In this document: positions 53,139-62,390 of the stretch, one piece after another
Layout of the letters: each line of letters begins with the position of its first letter
Numbering within the stretch: position 1 is the stretch's first letter
Source: Candidatus Magasanikbacteria bacterium GW2011_GWA2_56_11
Lineage (GTDB): Bacteria; Patescibacteriota; Patescibacteriia; Magasanikbacterales; UBA922
Direction of reading: 5' to 3'
Assembly (NCBI GenBank): GCA_001004885.1
Contig: LCRX01000004.1
Span: forward strand, 11,178 to 75,177
DNA: 64,000 nucleotides
Position numbers and translations under genes: made by a program
Notes under the pieces: model-generated
What the model was told of the DNA's origin: nothing
Database searches by the model: none
Seen by the model: the letters and a program-made list of their open reading frames with translations, nothing else

Positions 53139-54482
53139 CTAGGCAGCCTTGGCCGGCTTGTCAGTAACGGCCCGGAGCTTGGGCTTCGGCTTGGCGTGCC
53201 AGATGCTCGAGGCGAACAGAAGGCCGAGGCCCGCGGCTGGCAAGAGGACCAGGGGCCAGTAGAACCAGTTGGCCGGATCCTTGGCGGCCTCCCCGGTGGG
53301 GACGATCCACCCGATCACGAGCGACTGCAACCCCGTGCCGAGGTAGACCATGCCGTCCACGATGCCGACCGCGGCGCCGGTGTTCTTGGCGCCGGCGAAG
53401 TCGGCCGTGGCCGTGCCCGAGAAGATCCCGTGCACGCCGATCACGCTCATCGAGATGGCCATGACGGCGATGCCGGCGAACCACCAGTTTAGGTCCAGGC
53501 TCAGGCCCATGACGGCGGTGGCCAAGAGCATGAGGCAGTAGAGAATGGTGGCCATGGGCGCGCGGCGCGACTGGAAGAAGCGGTCCGACATCCAGCCGGT
53601 GAAGATGCCGCCCAGGAGTCCGGCGATGAGGAGGGCGAGACCCCAGTTGTCGCTCACCCAGAACTCCTTCTTGAAGCCGACCTCCTTGGCAAACATCGGG
53701 TACCAGTGCATGACGCCGTTGCGGAGGATGCCGCTCATGAGCTCGACGACGCAGACGATCCGGAGCACTGGGTGCCTGATGATTTTACCGAAGATCTGCC
53801 GTGTCGTCTCTTTGTGGTCGCTTACTCCCAGGTGGTCCTCGCCGGTGTCAAAGTCGCGGAAGCCGGCCTCGCCTGGCGTGTTGCGCAGCCAAGCGAACAT
53901 GAGGAGCCAGAAGACGCCAAGCAGGATCGAGGGGATGAAGAAGATCATCCAGTCCTCGTTCCAGCCGCTTTGGCCGAGCCCGAAAGCCGTGCCGAAAGCG
54001 CTGGCCCAGAAGCCGAGGTCGGCCTTGGGCGTGGCCCGTGATGCTTCGACGATGGCGAAGCCCCAGTCGAAGGCGAAGTAGACGCCGAGAGCGATGAGGA
54101 CGCCGAAGATCGTCGAGAAGGTGCCGCGCTCGCTGACGTGGAACCAGGGCGCCTTGGTGGTGACGATCGCCACCGCGCCGAAGCTCTGGAAGTACATGTT
54201 GACGGCGTAGAGCACGAGGAACGTGCTGAACACGGACACGTTCCATTGCCAGTAGTTTATCCCGTAGAGGACGAGGCCCATGAGGAGATTGGCGCCGATG
54301 GCGCCAGCGACGCCGATGAGCATCGTGCGCCGCCCGCCCCAGCGGTCCGTGAGCGGGCCGTTGAGCAGGAAGGAGAGCCCGTAGACCCAGGCGCCGACAC
54401 CGAAGATCGTGCCGAACTGCGCCTTGGTCATGAGGCTGTCGCCGAGGGCGCCCTGAGCGACGGTGAGGTTGTAGCGCCCCAT
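53139..54482 (-). CDS. MFS organophosphate:phosphate antiporter (GlpT/UhpT family), very high GC3 (putatively horizontally acquired)
   Basis: Clear similarity to E. coli GlpT across the protein (GWMSDRFFQSRRAP vs GWMSDKVFRGNRGA; HWYPMFAKEVGFKK vs DWSPTYLKEVKH), with the MFS motif GPLTDRWGGRR. Confidence 0.75.
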   Translation of the reverse strand: MGRYNLTVAQGALGDSLMTKAQFGTIFGVGAWVYGLSFLLNGPLTDRWGGRRTMLIGVAGAIGANLLMGLVLYGINYWQWNVSVFSTFLVLYAVNMYFQSFGAVAIVTTKAPWFHVSERGTFSTIFGVLIALGVYFAFDWGFAIVEASRATPKADLGFWASAFGTAFGLGQSGWNEDWMIFFIPSILLGVFWLLMFAWLRNTPGEAGFRDFDTGEDHLGVSDHKETTRQIFGKIIRHPVLRIVCVVELMSGILRNGVMHWYPMFAKEVGFKKEFWVSDNWGLALLIAGLLGGIFTGWMSDRFFQSRRAPMATILYCLMLLATAVMGLSLDLNWWFAGIAVMAISMSVIGVHGIFSGTATADFAGAKNTGAAVGIVDGMVYLGTGLQSLVIGWIVPTGEAAKDPANWFYWPLVLLPAAGLGLLFASSIWHAKPKPKLRAVTDKPAKAA

Positions 54483-54651
54483 GTAGAGGAGCGCGTAAGC
54501 CAGACCCGAGCGGCAGCCAGTTTATGGCGCGCCGTTGACGGTAGGCCAAGGAATGCTTGATTTCTCCCATTCGGTCCTCCACCCGGCGTTGATGCCGGTC
54601 CGCGCTAACTTAACAGCTAAAATGGCGAATTGTCAATGGGCCGATCGCGGT

Positions 54652-54686
54652 TGAAATAAAAACCCCCGGCAGATACCTGCCGGGGG
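54652..54686 (-). terminator. Rho-independent terminator (CCCCCGGCAG-gtat-CTGCCGGGGG + TTTTTATTT on minus strand)
   Basis: 10-bp GC stem with a T-run downstream of the SPFH gene. Confidence 0.65.
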
Positions 54687-54711
54687 TAAGGCGTTTTGGG
54701 TTGGCGGCAGA

Positions 54712-55446
54712 CTACTTCTTCATGCCTTCAAAAGCCCGCAACACCTCAAGCGGTATCGCGAAGATAACCGTATTTGACTGGTCAGAGCTCAGGTCGCTAA
54801 TCGTGCTCAAAGTGCGCAAGTGGAGCGCGCCCGGAGAGGAGGAGAGCATGTCGGCCGCTTTGGCGATATTCTCGGCCGCGATGAGCTCGCCGCTCGCCTT
54901 GATGATCACCGACCGTTTTTCGCGCTCGGCCTCGGCTTGTTTGGCGATCACGCGTTGCATGTCGTCCGGGAGGGTAACGTCTTTGAGTTCGACGCTTTCC
55001 ACCTTGATGCCCCATGGATCGGTAGCCTTGTCGACGATGGTCTTGATTTTTTCCGCCGCCGCCTCGCGGTTGGCGAGGAGTTCATCGAGTTCGAGTTCGC
55101 CGACGACGTTGCGCATGGTGGTCTGGGCCAGCTGGCTGACCGCGTACCAGAAGTTTTCTACTTCGAGTATAGCCTTGTCCGCGTCCGAAACGCGGTAGTA
55201 GATGACAGCGTTGATCTTGGCCGAGATGTTGTCCTTGGTAATGGCCTCTTGGAACGGCACGTCCACGGCCTTGGTGCGCATGTCGACCCGCGTCATGCTT
55301 TGGAATACCGGAACAACGATGCGCCAGCCCGGATCGACTACTCGGACGAACTTGCCCAACTGAAATTTGACCCCGCGCTGGTACTGGTTGACCTGGCGGA
55401 TGCTCACGAGGAGCACGATCACTATGAAGGCGACGATATAGCCCAT
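54712..55446 (-). CDS. SPFH/Band 7 (stomatin/prohibitin-like) membrane protein
   Basis: N-terminal TM segment followed by an SPFH domain (YQRGVKFQLGKFVRVVDPGWRIVVP...). Confidence 0.8.
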   Translation of the reverse strand: MGYIVAFIVIVLLVSIRQVNQYQRGVKFQLGKFVRVVDPGWRIVVPVFQSMTRVDMRTKAVDVPFQEAITKDNISAKINAVIYYRVSDADKAILEVENFWYAVSQLAQTTMRNVVGELELDELLANREAAAEKIKTIVDKATDPWGIKVESVELKDVTLPDDMQRVIAKQAEAEREKRSVIIKASGELIAAENIAKAADMLSSSPGALHLRTLSTISDLSSDQSNTVIFAIPLEVLRAFEGMKK

Positions 55447-55462
55447 AGGTTTAGAGTAAAAA

Positions 55463-56200
55463 TTACTTAGACAAAATTTGCAAGGAGCGGTCCCAATTTA
55501 TTTCGTAATATCCGGCTTCGCTTTTCGTCGATCCGTCGGACGTTAGCAAGTACTGGCCGACAGACACGAACACAAACCGATCAGGATTATTTTCGTTCAT
55601 GAGGAAATAGCTGATGCCGTTGGACTCGCTGTACGGCGGCGAACACTTCTCGCTATTGGCCCAGCCAGGTTCTTCTGGGTCGGCCGGGGGCGGATAGGAG
55701 ATGGCGGCGGCAGTGTAGCCCGGCCGCTGATCCAGCTTTATACTATCTGACTGTCTCACAAAGCAATCCTTGGGGTCAAGTCCTTTTAGGAACCGCGCGG
55801 CCACGGCGGCGGCGAGGGTCATTTGGGGATCTTTATCGAAAATCTCAACCCACTGGCCGTCGGCCGGAGCTTGGCTGGCCAGGTGGACATATATCTTGTT
55901 GCCGGTTTCAGTTAGTTTGACCTCTTCCGACGAGTCTGAGATCGGATTGTAGGTGAAGCCGACGCCCAGAGGGCCGGAGACGTACACTCTGGTTCCCGGC
56001 TCTTTGCGACCAAGATCAAAGATAGCGGAATAGTCCGGCGCGTCCGCGATCGGTTCGGTTTTTTCTGTCGGGGCACTCGCTTCGGGGGCGGGGGCGTTGG
56101 TTTCCCCGGCGTCAGATTTTTTAAATCCGGTCCGGTAACCGATGACTCCGGCAAGAACAACGAGAACCGCCGCTGCCGCCAAAGCTGTTTTGTGGTTCAT
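55463..56200 (-). CDS. Membrane-anchored hypothetical protein
   Basis: N-terminal TM segment and a Pro/Ala-rich linker. No recognisable domain. Confidence 0.45.
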   Translation of the reverse strand: MNHKTALAAAAVLVVLAGVIGYRTGFKKSDAGETNAPAPEASAPTEKTEPIADAPDYSAIFDLGRKEPGTRVYVSGPLGVGFTYNPISDSSEEVKLTETGNKIYVHLASQAPADGQWVEIFDKDPQMTLAAAVAARFLKGLDPKDCFVRQSDSIKLDQRPGYTAAAISYPPPADPEEPGWANSEKCSPPYSESNGISYFLMNENNPDRFVFVSVGQYLLTSDGSTKSEAGYYEINWDRSLQILSK

Positions 56201-56227
56201 ACGCTGGTTGTTAGCTCGGTGAATACG

Positions 56228-56299
56228 TGTCCCGACCAGGAGTCGAACCTGGGTTTAGAGCTTAGAAGGCTCCCGTTCTATCCATTGAACTATCGGGAC
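56228..56299 (-). tRNA. tRNA-Arg (anticodon TCT)
   Basis: The rc folds with acceptor GTCCCGA/TCGGGAC, D-arm GTTC..GAAC, anticodon stem GGAGC / loop CTTCTAA / GCTCT, T-arm CCAGG-TTCGACT-CCTGG, discriminator A. Confidence 0.85.
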
Positions 56300-56355
56300 G
56301 TGGCGGCCGTTTAGGCCCGGCGTCCCGGAAATTTTCCCATTTTTAAGGCTTTTTG

Positions 56356-57351
56356 TCAATCTGAACCCCGCTTTTTGCCGTGGAATTTTTTGTGTATGTT
56401 GCGCAGCTCCCGGTCGGTAATGTGGGTATAAATCTGAGTAGTGGTGATGGAGGTGTGGCCGAGCATAGCCTGCACGCTGCGGATGTCGGCGCCGTTTTGC
56501 AATAGATCCGTGGCGTAGGAGTGGCGCATTGTGTGCGGGGTAACGGGCTTGGTAATGCCGGCCGCCTTGGCGTACCGTTGCACCAGGCGCTGGACCGAGC
56601 GGGGAGTAAGGGGAACCTCATCGGCCTCCAGGCCTTTTTTGGTTGCCTTGACGCGCTTGCCGGTGCGCTTGTCGTGCGAGACGAACAGAAAGGGATTGAG
56701 GTCCGGCCGGATATCCAGATATTTTTTCAGCCAGTACTTGGCCTGGGCGGACAAAAATACCACGCGCGTTTTGCGCCCCTTTCCGGTAACCGTAAATTCA
56801 TCCTTTTTTAGGTTGACATCGCTTTTTTTGAGTCCGACCAGCTCGGATACGCGCAGGCCGGTGGAAAAAAGCAGCTCGAGGGCGGCCTTGTCGCGGTATT
56901 TGATCAGGTTGCCGCCGGTATTATTTCCGGCCGCGCCCTGGCGGATAGCCGCCATTTGCGCGAGCGGCGCCTCCAGTAGGCGCGAGAGGTCGCTGCCGTC
57001 AAGAAAGGATACCTGCCGGTCCGGCATTTTCATGAGTTCGATTTTTTCCGGCGTCAGCGAGGCGATGTCGCGTTTGGCGAGGTACTTTAAAAATGACCTC
57101 AGAGCGATAAGGTGATAATTTTGCGTATTCTTTTTGAGCGGGTCGCCGTGCACGTCAATGAGGCGGTTGAGCCAGAGCCGGTACTCGCGCACCTTGTCGG
57201 TTGTTACGGCCTCCGGTTTTTTGTCGCCGAACCATTCGATGAAACGTCCCAGATAGAAGTCGTAATTGCGCACGGTCTGAAGGCTGCGGTTTTTTTCGAT
57301 TTCCAAATATTCCAGAAATTCGCGCAGGTAACGCGAGAGCAGGTAAGACAT
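56356..57351 (-). CDS. xerC: Tyrosine site-specific recombinase XerC/XerD family
   Basis: N-terminal SAM-like domain (LREFLEYLEIEKNRSLQTVRNYDFYLGRF) and a catalytic C-terminus HTMRHSYATDLLQNGADIRSVQAMLGHTSITTTQIYTH. Confidence 0.8.
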   Translation of the reverse strand: MSYLLSRYLREFLEYLEIEKNRSLQTVRNYDFYLGRFIEWFGDKKPEAVTTDKVREYRLWLNRLIDVHGDPLKKNTQNYHLIALRSFLKYLAKRDIASLTPEKIELMKMPDRQVSFLDGSDLSRLLEAPLAQMAAIRQGAAGNNTGGNLIKYRDKAALELLFSTGLRVSELVGLKKSDVNLKKDEFTVTGKGRKTRVVFLSAQAKYWLKKYLDIRPDLNPFLFVSHDKRTGKRVKATKKGLEADEVPLTPRSVQRLVQRYAKAAGITKPVTPHTMRHSYATDLLQNGADIRSVQAMLGHTSITTTQIYTHITDRELRNIHKKFHGKKRGSD

Positions 57352-57451
57352 ACGCGAGTATTGTACGACACAATTGACGACCGGTCAATTTTGGACTACA
57401 GTCTAGAACCCACTCCCAAAATTTCGCTCTGCCGATGCCTGCGGCGTAGGT

Positions 57452-57817
57452 ATGATTTATTTGGTGGGTTATACCGCTTGCCCGCCCAAGCCGCAAATAG
57501 ACAAGGTGGCGCTGGGCGCGGAAAAGTGGGTCAGCTGGAGACGGTACCAAAGCCTAAAGCGGCTGGTTCGGGAATTAAAAAAGCGGGGAGTAAAGATCGT
57601 GGCGCTCGAAAAAACCGACCGCAGCATAGATATCGGCCGGGCGCAATTCACGCCGCCTTTGGCGCTCATTGTCGGCAACGAAGTGGACGGCGTACCGGAG
57701 GCGATACTTAAAGAATGCGACCAGGTAGTCCATGTACCCATGTACGGCCGCAAGGAGAGCCTGAACGTCAGCGTGGCGGCCGGGATAGCTCTCTACGTGG
57801 TTAAATCCAAAATTTAA
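57452..57817 (+). CDS. SpoU/TrmL-like SPOUT RNA 2'-O-methyltransferase, N-terminally short (121 aa; SAM-binding N-motif apparently missing)
   Basis: LALIVGNEVDGVPEAILKECDQVVHVPMYGRKESLNVSVAAGIALY matches the TrmL C-terminal half. An in-frame stop at 57404-57406 prevents a longer N-terminus. Confidence 0.55.
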   Translation: MIYLVGYTACPPKPQIDKVALGAEKWVSWRRYQSLKRLVRELKKRGVKIVALEKTDRSIDIGRAQFTPPLALIVGNEVDGVPEAILKECDQVVHVPMYGRKESLNVSVAAGIALYVVKSKI

Positions 57818-57894
57818 ATTTGGCCGGTTTTTCTCCGGCCGGAGCGTATTTTTAGACTCTCGGGGCTCCCCATGCTATACTTTGTCTACGAGCT

Positions 57895-58599
57895 ATGCCC
57901 GCCGCGACCCCCCCCATCAACCATACCGTTTCCATCTTCGAGCGTCTGTACGCCAACTTGCCGCCCCTGGTACCCCAGGCGGTAGTTGAAGATATGGGGC
58001 GCGCGCTCGAGCAGGTAAAAGCCGACCAGGAGCTCTCGACCGAGGAGCTCGAAGACGTCATGATCGCCTTTGGCAAAAAAGTCTGGCCGTACATCCAGGC
58101 GTTTGAAGAATTTTACCAGGTTTACGAGAATCAGCTCGGCGAAAAACTGCTGCGGCAGCGCTCCTCGCCGGCGCTTCAGCGTTCGTACCAGCTGTTTAAA
58201 GAAATGGGCGGAACCTGGCGCGATCTCTATGCCGGATCCATGGCACACGTGTTCGGCCATGAAGAACGCACGGAACTTGGGCAGGTATTGGTGGACATTA
58301 AGTGCGATATCCGCGCCTTTGCTTTTCAGGCCGTAACAGCGACCGATCGCGCTGCCTATGAAACGCGGATTCGCGAGTTCGCGCGCATCGCCGACGATAT
58401 CTCCGACCGGCTCACCGCTCTTGAGGGACTGGCCGCCGCCGAGCAGGAACATCCCAGTCTGGCGGCCGAAATTCGGGCCCAGGTTCGGGCCTTTGAGTAC
58501 GGTTTGGCCTTTCTCGGCCCCAAAGTAGACTACCAGGCCGTCTGTTCGGCGCCGGAGCACTTCCAAGGACGCCGTCTGGAGTTAAAAATCCGGGTTTAA
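57895..58599 (+). CDS. Hypothetical helical protein (paralog 1 of a tandem pair)
   Basis: 234 aa. Shares the motif WPY[IF]QA.EEF...Y and overall architecture with the next gene. Confidence 0.5.
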   Translation: MPAATPPINHTVSIFERLYANLPPLVPQAVVEDMGRALEQVKADQELSTEELEDVMIAFGKKVWPYIQAFEEFYQVYENQLGEKLLRQRSSPALQRSYQLFKEMGGTWRDLYAGSMAHVFGHEERTELGQVLVDIKCDIRAFAFQAVTATDRAAYETRIREFARIADDISDRLTALEGLAAAEQEHPSLAAEIRAQVRAFEYGLAFLGPKVDYQAVCSAPEHFQGRRLELKIRV

Positions 58600-58612
58600 C
58601 CGGCTGGCGGAG

Positions 58613-59317
58613 TTGTCTTTGATTGTAAATTTTATGGTTACGGCCACTCTTCAATTATTCCGTCTATTGCTTGACCGCCACCCTGTCGGTTTGGCGCCAG
58701 AGGCAGTCGAGCGCGGAGAGGCCGCTTACGCCGCTGCGCTGGCCTCTCAGTCGCGGTCGGACTCCGGCATCGAAAAAAGTCTGATAGAGTACGGCCTGGC
58801 CGCTTGGCCCTACTTTCAGGCGCAGGAGGAGTTTAGGAACCGCTATGGCCAGGACAGGGAACGCGTATTGCTCTACGAGCTTTTGCCCGTGGATTTGCGA
58901 GAAAAATGGCGGCATTTCGAGGCCAAGGGCGGCAGTCTTCACGATTACCGGCATGGCAACATTGTCGAGCAGTTTTTTTCGCCCGAGGAGGACGTGCAGA
59001 TAGAAAACGCCTTGGTGGAAGCCGGGCTCCGGGTTCGGGATTATTGCCGCGAGCTGGCCTTGGGAGAGAAACAGGCCGAGTACGAAGAGCGCGTAAAGAT
59101 ATATCAGGCCGAGGAGACGGCCATACAGGAGTTAATCGCGCAGTTGCGCGGTCTATGCGACGAGAGCGGCAAATGGAGCGCGGAGATTGCGGACGAGGCG
59201 CTCGCGCTCGAACGCGGATTCGCCGAACTGGAGGAGAGACCTACCTTACGCCGGGCGCAAGAAAAAATTGAGTACTACCGGAGTCATTTGCAGACTTTCA
59301 GCGCCAGCAGCGACTAA
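58613..59317 (+). CDS. Hypothetical helical protein (paralog 2 of a tandem pair)
   Basis: 234 aa, with GLAAWPYFQAQEEFRNRYGQ vs GKKVWPYIQAFEEFYQVYEN in the previous gene. Confidence 0.5.
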   Translation: MSLIVNFMVTATLQLFRLLLDRHPVGLAPEAVERGEAAYAAALASQSRSDSGIEKSLIEYGLAAWPYFQAQEEFRNRYGQDRERVLLYELLPVDLREKWRHFEAKGGSLHDYRHGNIVEQFFSPEEDVQIENALVEAGLRVRDYCRELALGEKQAEYEERVKIYQAEETAIQELIAQLRGLCDESGKWSAEIADEALALERGFAELEERPTLRRAQEKIEYYRSHLQTFSASSD

Positions 59318-59349
59318 AAGAACACAAAAAAATTGAAATTAATACAATT

Positions 59350-59447
59350 GAACTCACAGTGAGTTCCCCCCTTTCGCCTCAAACATAGACTGGTTTTCAC
59401 GGCCCCAAAACTCGCTCTTACAGGCTCAGACATTGGTGCCGTAAAAA
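59350..59447 (+). repeat. Copy F of the MITE/REP-like element, 3'-truncated
   Basis: The first ~98 nt align to the other copies. Homology is lost after GTAAAAAT. Confidence 0.75.
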
Positions 59448-60404
59448 TGGGGTGATCTTGGGGTGCCGGGCTATCATTCGGCGCACGTCTTTTTCGGTGA
59501 GGAGGCCGGTTTGCGCCCCCCACTGTTGGATAACGCCGCCGGCATTGGCTGTGCCCCACTGCATGGCTTCGGGGAGGGAAGACCCAGACATGTAGGCGCG
59601 CAGAAAACCGCTGGCGTAGGCGTCGCCGGCACCGGTTTTGGAAACCACCTTAACAGGGTAGCTGGGCAGGAAATAAAGGTCGTCTCCTTGGGAGGCGAAT
59701 GAGCCGCGGACGCTGTCGGTAACGACAACAGTTTTGGGTCCGAGACGGCGCACCGCGGCGCACAGGGCGCGCATAGTCCTTTTTTCGCCGGCGAGACGCT
59801 CCGCTTCTTGTTTGTTAACAATCAGAAGATCGGTCAGAGGCAGAATTTTGGCGAATTCCTCCCGGCCTTTTTTGAGCTGGTATGATCCCGGATTCACGGC
59901 CAGCTTGAGCGTGCGGTGCCGCTTTAGATACGCGGCGAGCCGTGCCTGGAGGCGTTCGAAAGATTCGCCGAGCGATGTGTAGTACAGCCACCGCGCTGCC
60001 GGCAGAGCCGGCAGGCGATAACGGCGGGCGGCATGATAGGCCAGAATGGTACGTTCTCCGCGGTAGCTCAGGACAATCGAGTAACGCGTGGTCGCGCGCG
60101 GCTGCAAAGAGACGAGGCCGGTGTCAACCCCGGCCTCTTGCAGAGCGTCGTGTATGGCGTAGCCGTTCAAGTCGTCGCCAAGCTGGGTTACAATCGCGGC
60201 GGCCAGGCCCAGCCGGCTCGCTCCGGCCGCCACATTGGCCGCGTTGCCGCCGACCGATTGCGCGGTTTCTTTGATGGGGATTTTTTCCGCGTAGTCCAAA
60301 CAGAGCTGGCAGTGTTCGCGGCGCACGTCGCACTGGAGCGTGGCGTCGTCCACGATGAGGAAAGTGTCCAAGGTGGCGTCGCCAATGGTGATAAGGTCGA
60401 ACAT
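59418..60404 (-). CDS. PfkB-family carbohydrate kinase (ribokinase-like)
   Basis: C-terminal TGAGDAYASGFL motif and N-terminal GG motif SVGGNAANVA. The last ~10 codons overlap repeat copy F. Confidence 0.75.
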   Translation of the reverse strand: MFDLITIGDATLDTFLIVDDATLQCDVRREHCQLCLDYAEKIPIKETAQSVGGNAANVAAGASRLGLAAAIVTQLGDDLNGYAIHDALQEAGVDTGLVSLQPRATTRYSIVLSYRGERTILAYHAARRYRLPALPAARWLYYTSLGESFERLQARLAAYLKRHRTLKLAVNPGSYQLKKGREEFAKILPLTDLLIVNKQEAERLAGEKRTMRALCAAVRRLGPKTVVVTDSVRGSFASQGDDLYFLPSYPVKVVSKTGAGDAYASGFLRAYMSGSSLPEAMQWGTANAGGVIQQWGAQTGLLTEKDVRRMIARHPKITPFLRHQCLSL

Positions 60405-60406
60405 AA

Positions 60407-60715
60407 TCAGCGAAGCTTTTTGTAGCGTTTTAAATCTTCGGGACTGTGCTTGTGCAAGCCAAACATTATTTCCGCGAATTCGATGAGCGAGGCCAGGCCC
60501 AGCCCGGCCATGGCGATCATAAATATTTTGTCGCCGGTAAACAGGGCATAGACAAACAGGCAGGCGGCGCCGATAAATTTGACCAGATCCTGGCGCCGTT
60601 CCTGCTCGAGAAACACTCCGTAAGTTATCATGATGGCGCCCGCGGCGGCGGCAACGTAGACTAAGGTTTCGGCCAGGGTTACGGGCAGGCGGGGCAGTAT
60701 GGATTGCAGAAGCAT
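60407..60715 (-). CDS. Small 3-TM membrane protein (paralog pair member)
   Basis: 102 aa. Shares a Y.A..TGD.IF...ASLIEF-type pattern with the adjacent 82-aa ORF. Confidence 0.45.
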   Translation of the reverse strand: MLLQSILPRLPVTLAETLVYVAAAAGAIMITYGVFLEQERRQDLVKFIGAACLFVYALFTGDKIFMIAMAGLGLASLIEFAEIMFGLHKHSPEDLKRYKKLR

Positions 60716-60746
60716 AAGTTCGAAATGAGGCTAAAATTTAGGCAAT

Positions 60747-60995
60747 TCAAGTTCGTGGTTTGCGAACCAGCTCGTAAATACTGGCCGAGGTAAAGATAAC
60801 TTGCAGCGGAATGAAAATAGGATCCCGAAGATAGGCGCTGTAAGCCAGGAGGCACAGGCCGCCGGCCAAAAAAAGCGTGTTTTGCCGGCGGTGATTTTTG
60901 TTTACCACCCCCCCCGAAATGAGGATAAGACCCAGGGCCGCGAGGCCGCGGAAAAATATAAGAGGCATACAGGTACGATCTAAGTATAGCAGCAA
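60747..60995 (-). CDS. Small membrane protein (paralog pair member)
   Basis: 82 aa, with AYSAYLRDPIFIPLQVIFTSASIYEL. Confidence 0.4.
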   Translation of the reverse strand: MLLYLDRTCMPLIFFRGLAALGLILISGGVVNKNHRRQNTLFLAGGLCLLAYSAYLRDPIFIPLQVIFTSASIYELVRKPRT

Positions 60996-60998
60996 CCA

Positions 60999-62390
60999 AT
61001 GGGTTTGTCAGCCCGACTTTGGTATACTTTCTTCCGTATGAGAAAAGATTTTGCCTGGCGCCTGGGGGCGGCCCTATTGGGGGTATTTTTCTTCGCGGTC
61101 TACTGGTGGAATGCGTGGCACTACAACGTGTGGTCGAGCTACGATGGCGGCGGGCACATTGATTACATTTTTGATCTGGCCGCCGGACAGGGGCTGCCCC
61201 GGCCAAAGAGTAATTATCTGGCCTGGCACGAGCCGGCATATTACGCCGCCAACGCCGTTTTGGTGCGCGTCCTCCAGCCGCTCGGCCTGTCGCGAGAGGC
61301 GCTGTACAAGATTTTGCAGCTGGAGAGTGCCGTCTTTGCGTGGGCGATAGCCGCGGCGGCCGGTGTCCTGGCTTGGCAGACAACCCGCCGGCGCTCCCTA
61401 GCGTTCTTCGTGGCGGTATTTACCGGGTCGCTTTTTGTGGTTTCGGCGTCCGGACGCTATATTACGAACGAAACGCTGTTCCAGGCCCTGGCGCTGTGGT
61501 GGTTGGCGTGGTTTATGCAGTGGCGTATGTGGGACACCTCTGCCTGGAGCGCCAGGCGGTGGTCGGCCCTGGCGCTCGGGCTTTCGGCGATACTATGGGT
61601 CAAGCTTTCGGGCTTTATCCTATTGGCCGCGCTCTTGATTTTCCTCGGGATTATCGCCTGGCGCGAGCGCCAGTGGCGGCCGCTCTTTGTCGGCGCAGCC
61701 GTGGCCGGGTGCGTGCTTTTGAGCTATGTTCCCTGGATGATCCATAAGCAGCGCCTGTACGGGCAAGCTTTGACGATAAACAACTACGAAGTCGCCGTCC
61801 GTCCGGGACAAGGGGCCGGTCTGCCGGCGCGATTTTTCCTCACTTGGGATACCGAAATTTGGCAACATCCGTTCTGGACTGCGGGCCGCGGCTCGTTTTG
61901 GAGCCTGCTCACGGCCAGCGCTCTTGGCGACTACGATAACATTTTCCAGAATTACGCTGTCCATGGACGCCAGGTTAATTTTGTTACTGCCAACGGCCGG
62001 ACTATGGCCGTGCAGACGGCAGCGCTGACCCTGGCGCTCTATTGGTGGTCGGTGCCTTTGCTGGCGTACCTGGCGGCCGGTTTTTTGGTCTCTTTTTGGC
62101 GGCTGCTGCGGGGACAGCTCAGCGCGGCGGCGTCTTTTTTGTTGGTAACGGCGGCCGGTTTTCTCACCGCGCTTATATATAACGTTTACCGTTATCCGTA
62201 CCTGGAGCGCGGTACGCTGAAAGCGATTTTCATCGTTTCTTTTTTTCCGCTGGCGGCTATTCTCGCCGGCGCCAGTTTGCCGCCGGCTGGGGAGCGCCCC
62301 CACCGTCGTCTGCGGTTTATCGCCGTTTTGGTATATTTTATTTTTTGGCTAGGGTTTAGCCTGAGTATTGTCATCTTGCCGGCGTTGTAA
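60999..62390 (+). CDS. Polytopic membrane protein, GT-C-type glycosyltransferase-like (PMT/ArnT/DUF2029-like)
   Basis: 463 aa with ~11 TM helices and Trp/Tyr-rich loops typical of GT-C enzymes. Confidence 0.5.
   Translation: MGLSARLWYTFFRMRKDFAWRLGAALLGVFFFAVYWWNAWHYNVWSSYDGGGHIDYIFDLAAGQGLPRPKSNYLAWHEPAYYAANAVLVRVLQPLGLSREALYKILQLESAVFAWAIAAAAGVLAWQTTRRRSLAFFVAVFTGSLFVVSASGRYITNETLFQALALWWLAWFMQWRMWDTSAWSARRWSALALGLSAILWVKLSGFILLAALLIFLGIIAWRERQWRPLFVGAAVAGCVLLSYVPWMIHKQRLYGQALTINNYEVAVRPGQGAGLPARFFLTWDTEIWQHPFWTAGRGSFWSLLTASALGDYDNIFQNYAVHGRQVNFVTANGRTMAVQTAALTLALYWWSVPLLAYLAAGFLVSFWRLLRGQLSAAASFLLVTAAGFLTALIYNVYRYPYLERGTLKAIFIVSFFPLAAILAGASLPPAGERPHRRLRFIAVLVYFIFWLGFSLSIVILPAL

Noticed and set aside
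53848-55470. ORFs 53848-54582-, 54138-54560+, 54701-55198+, 54820-55470+
   Set aside because: These are alternative-frame or antisense shadows of the GlpT-like transporter and the SPFH gene in GC-rich sequence.
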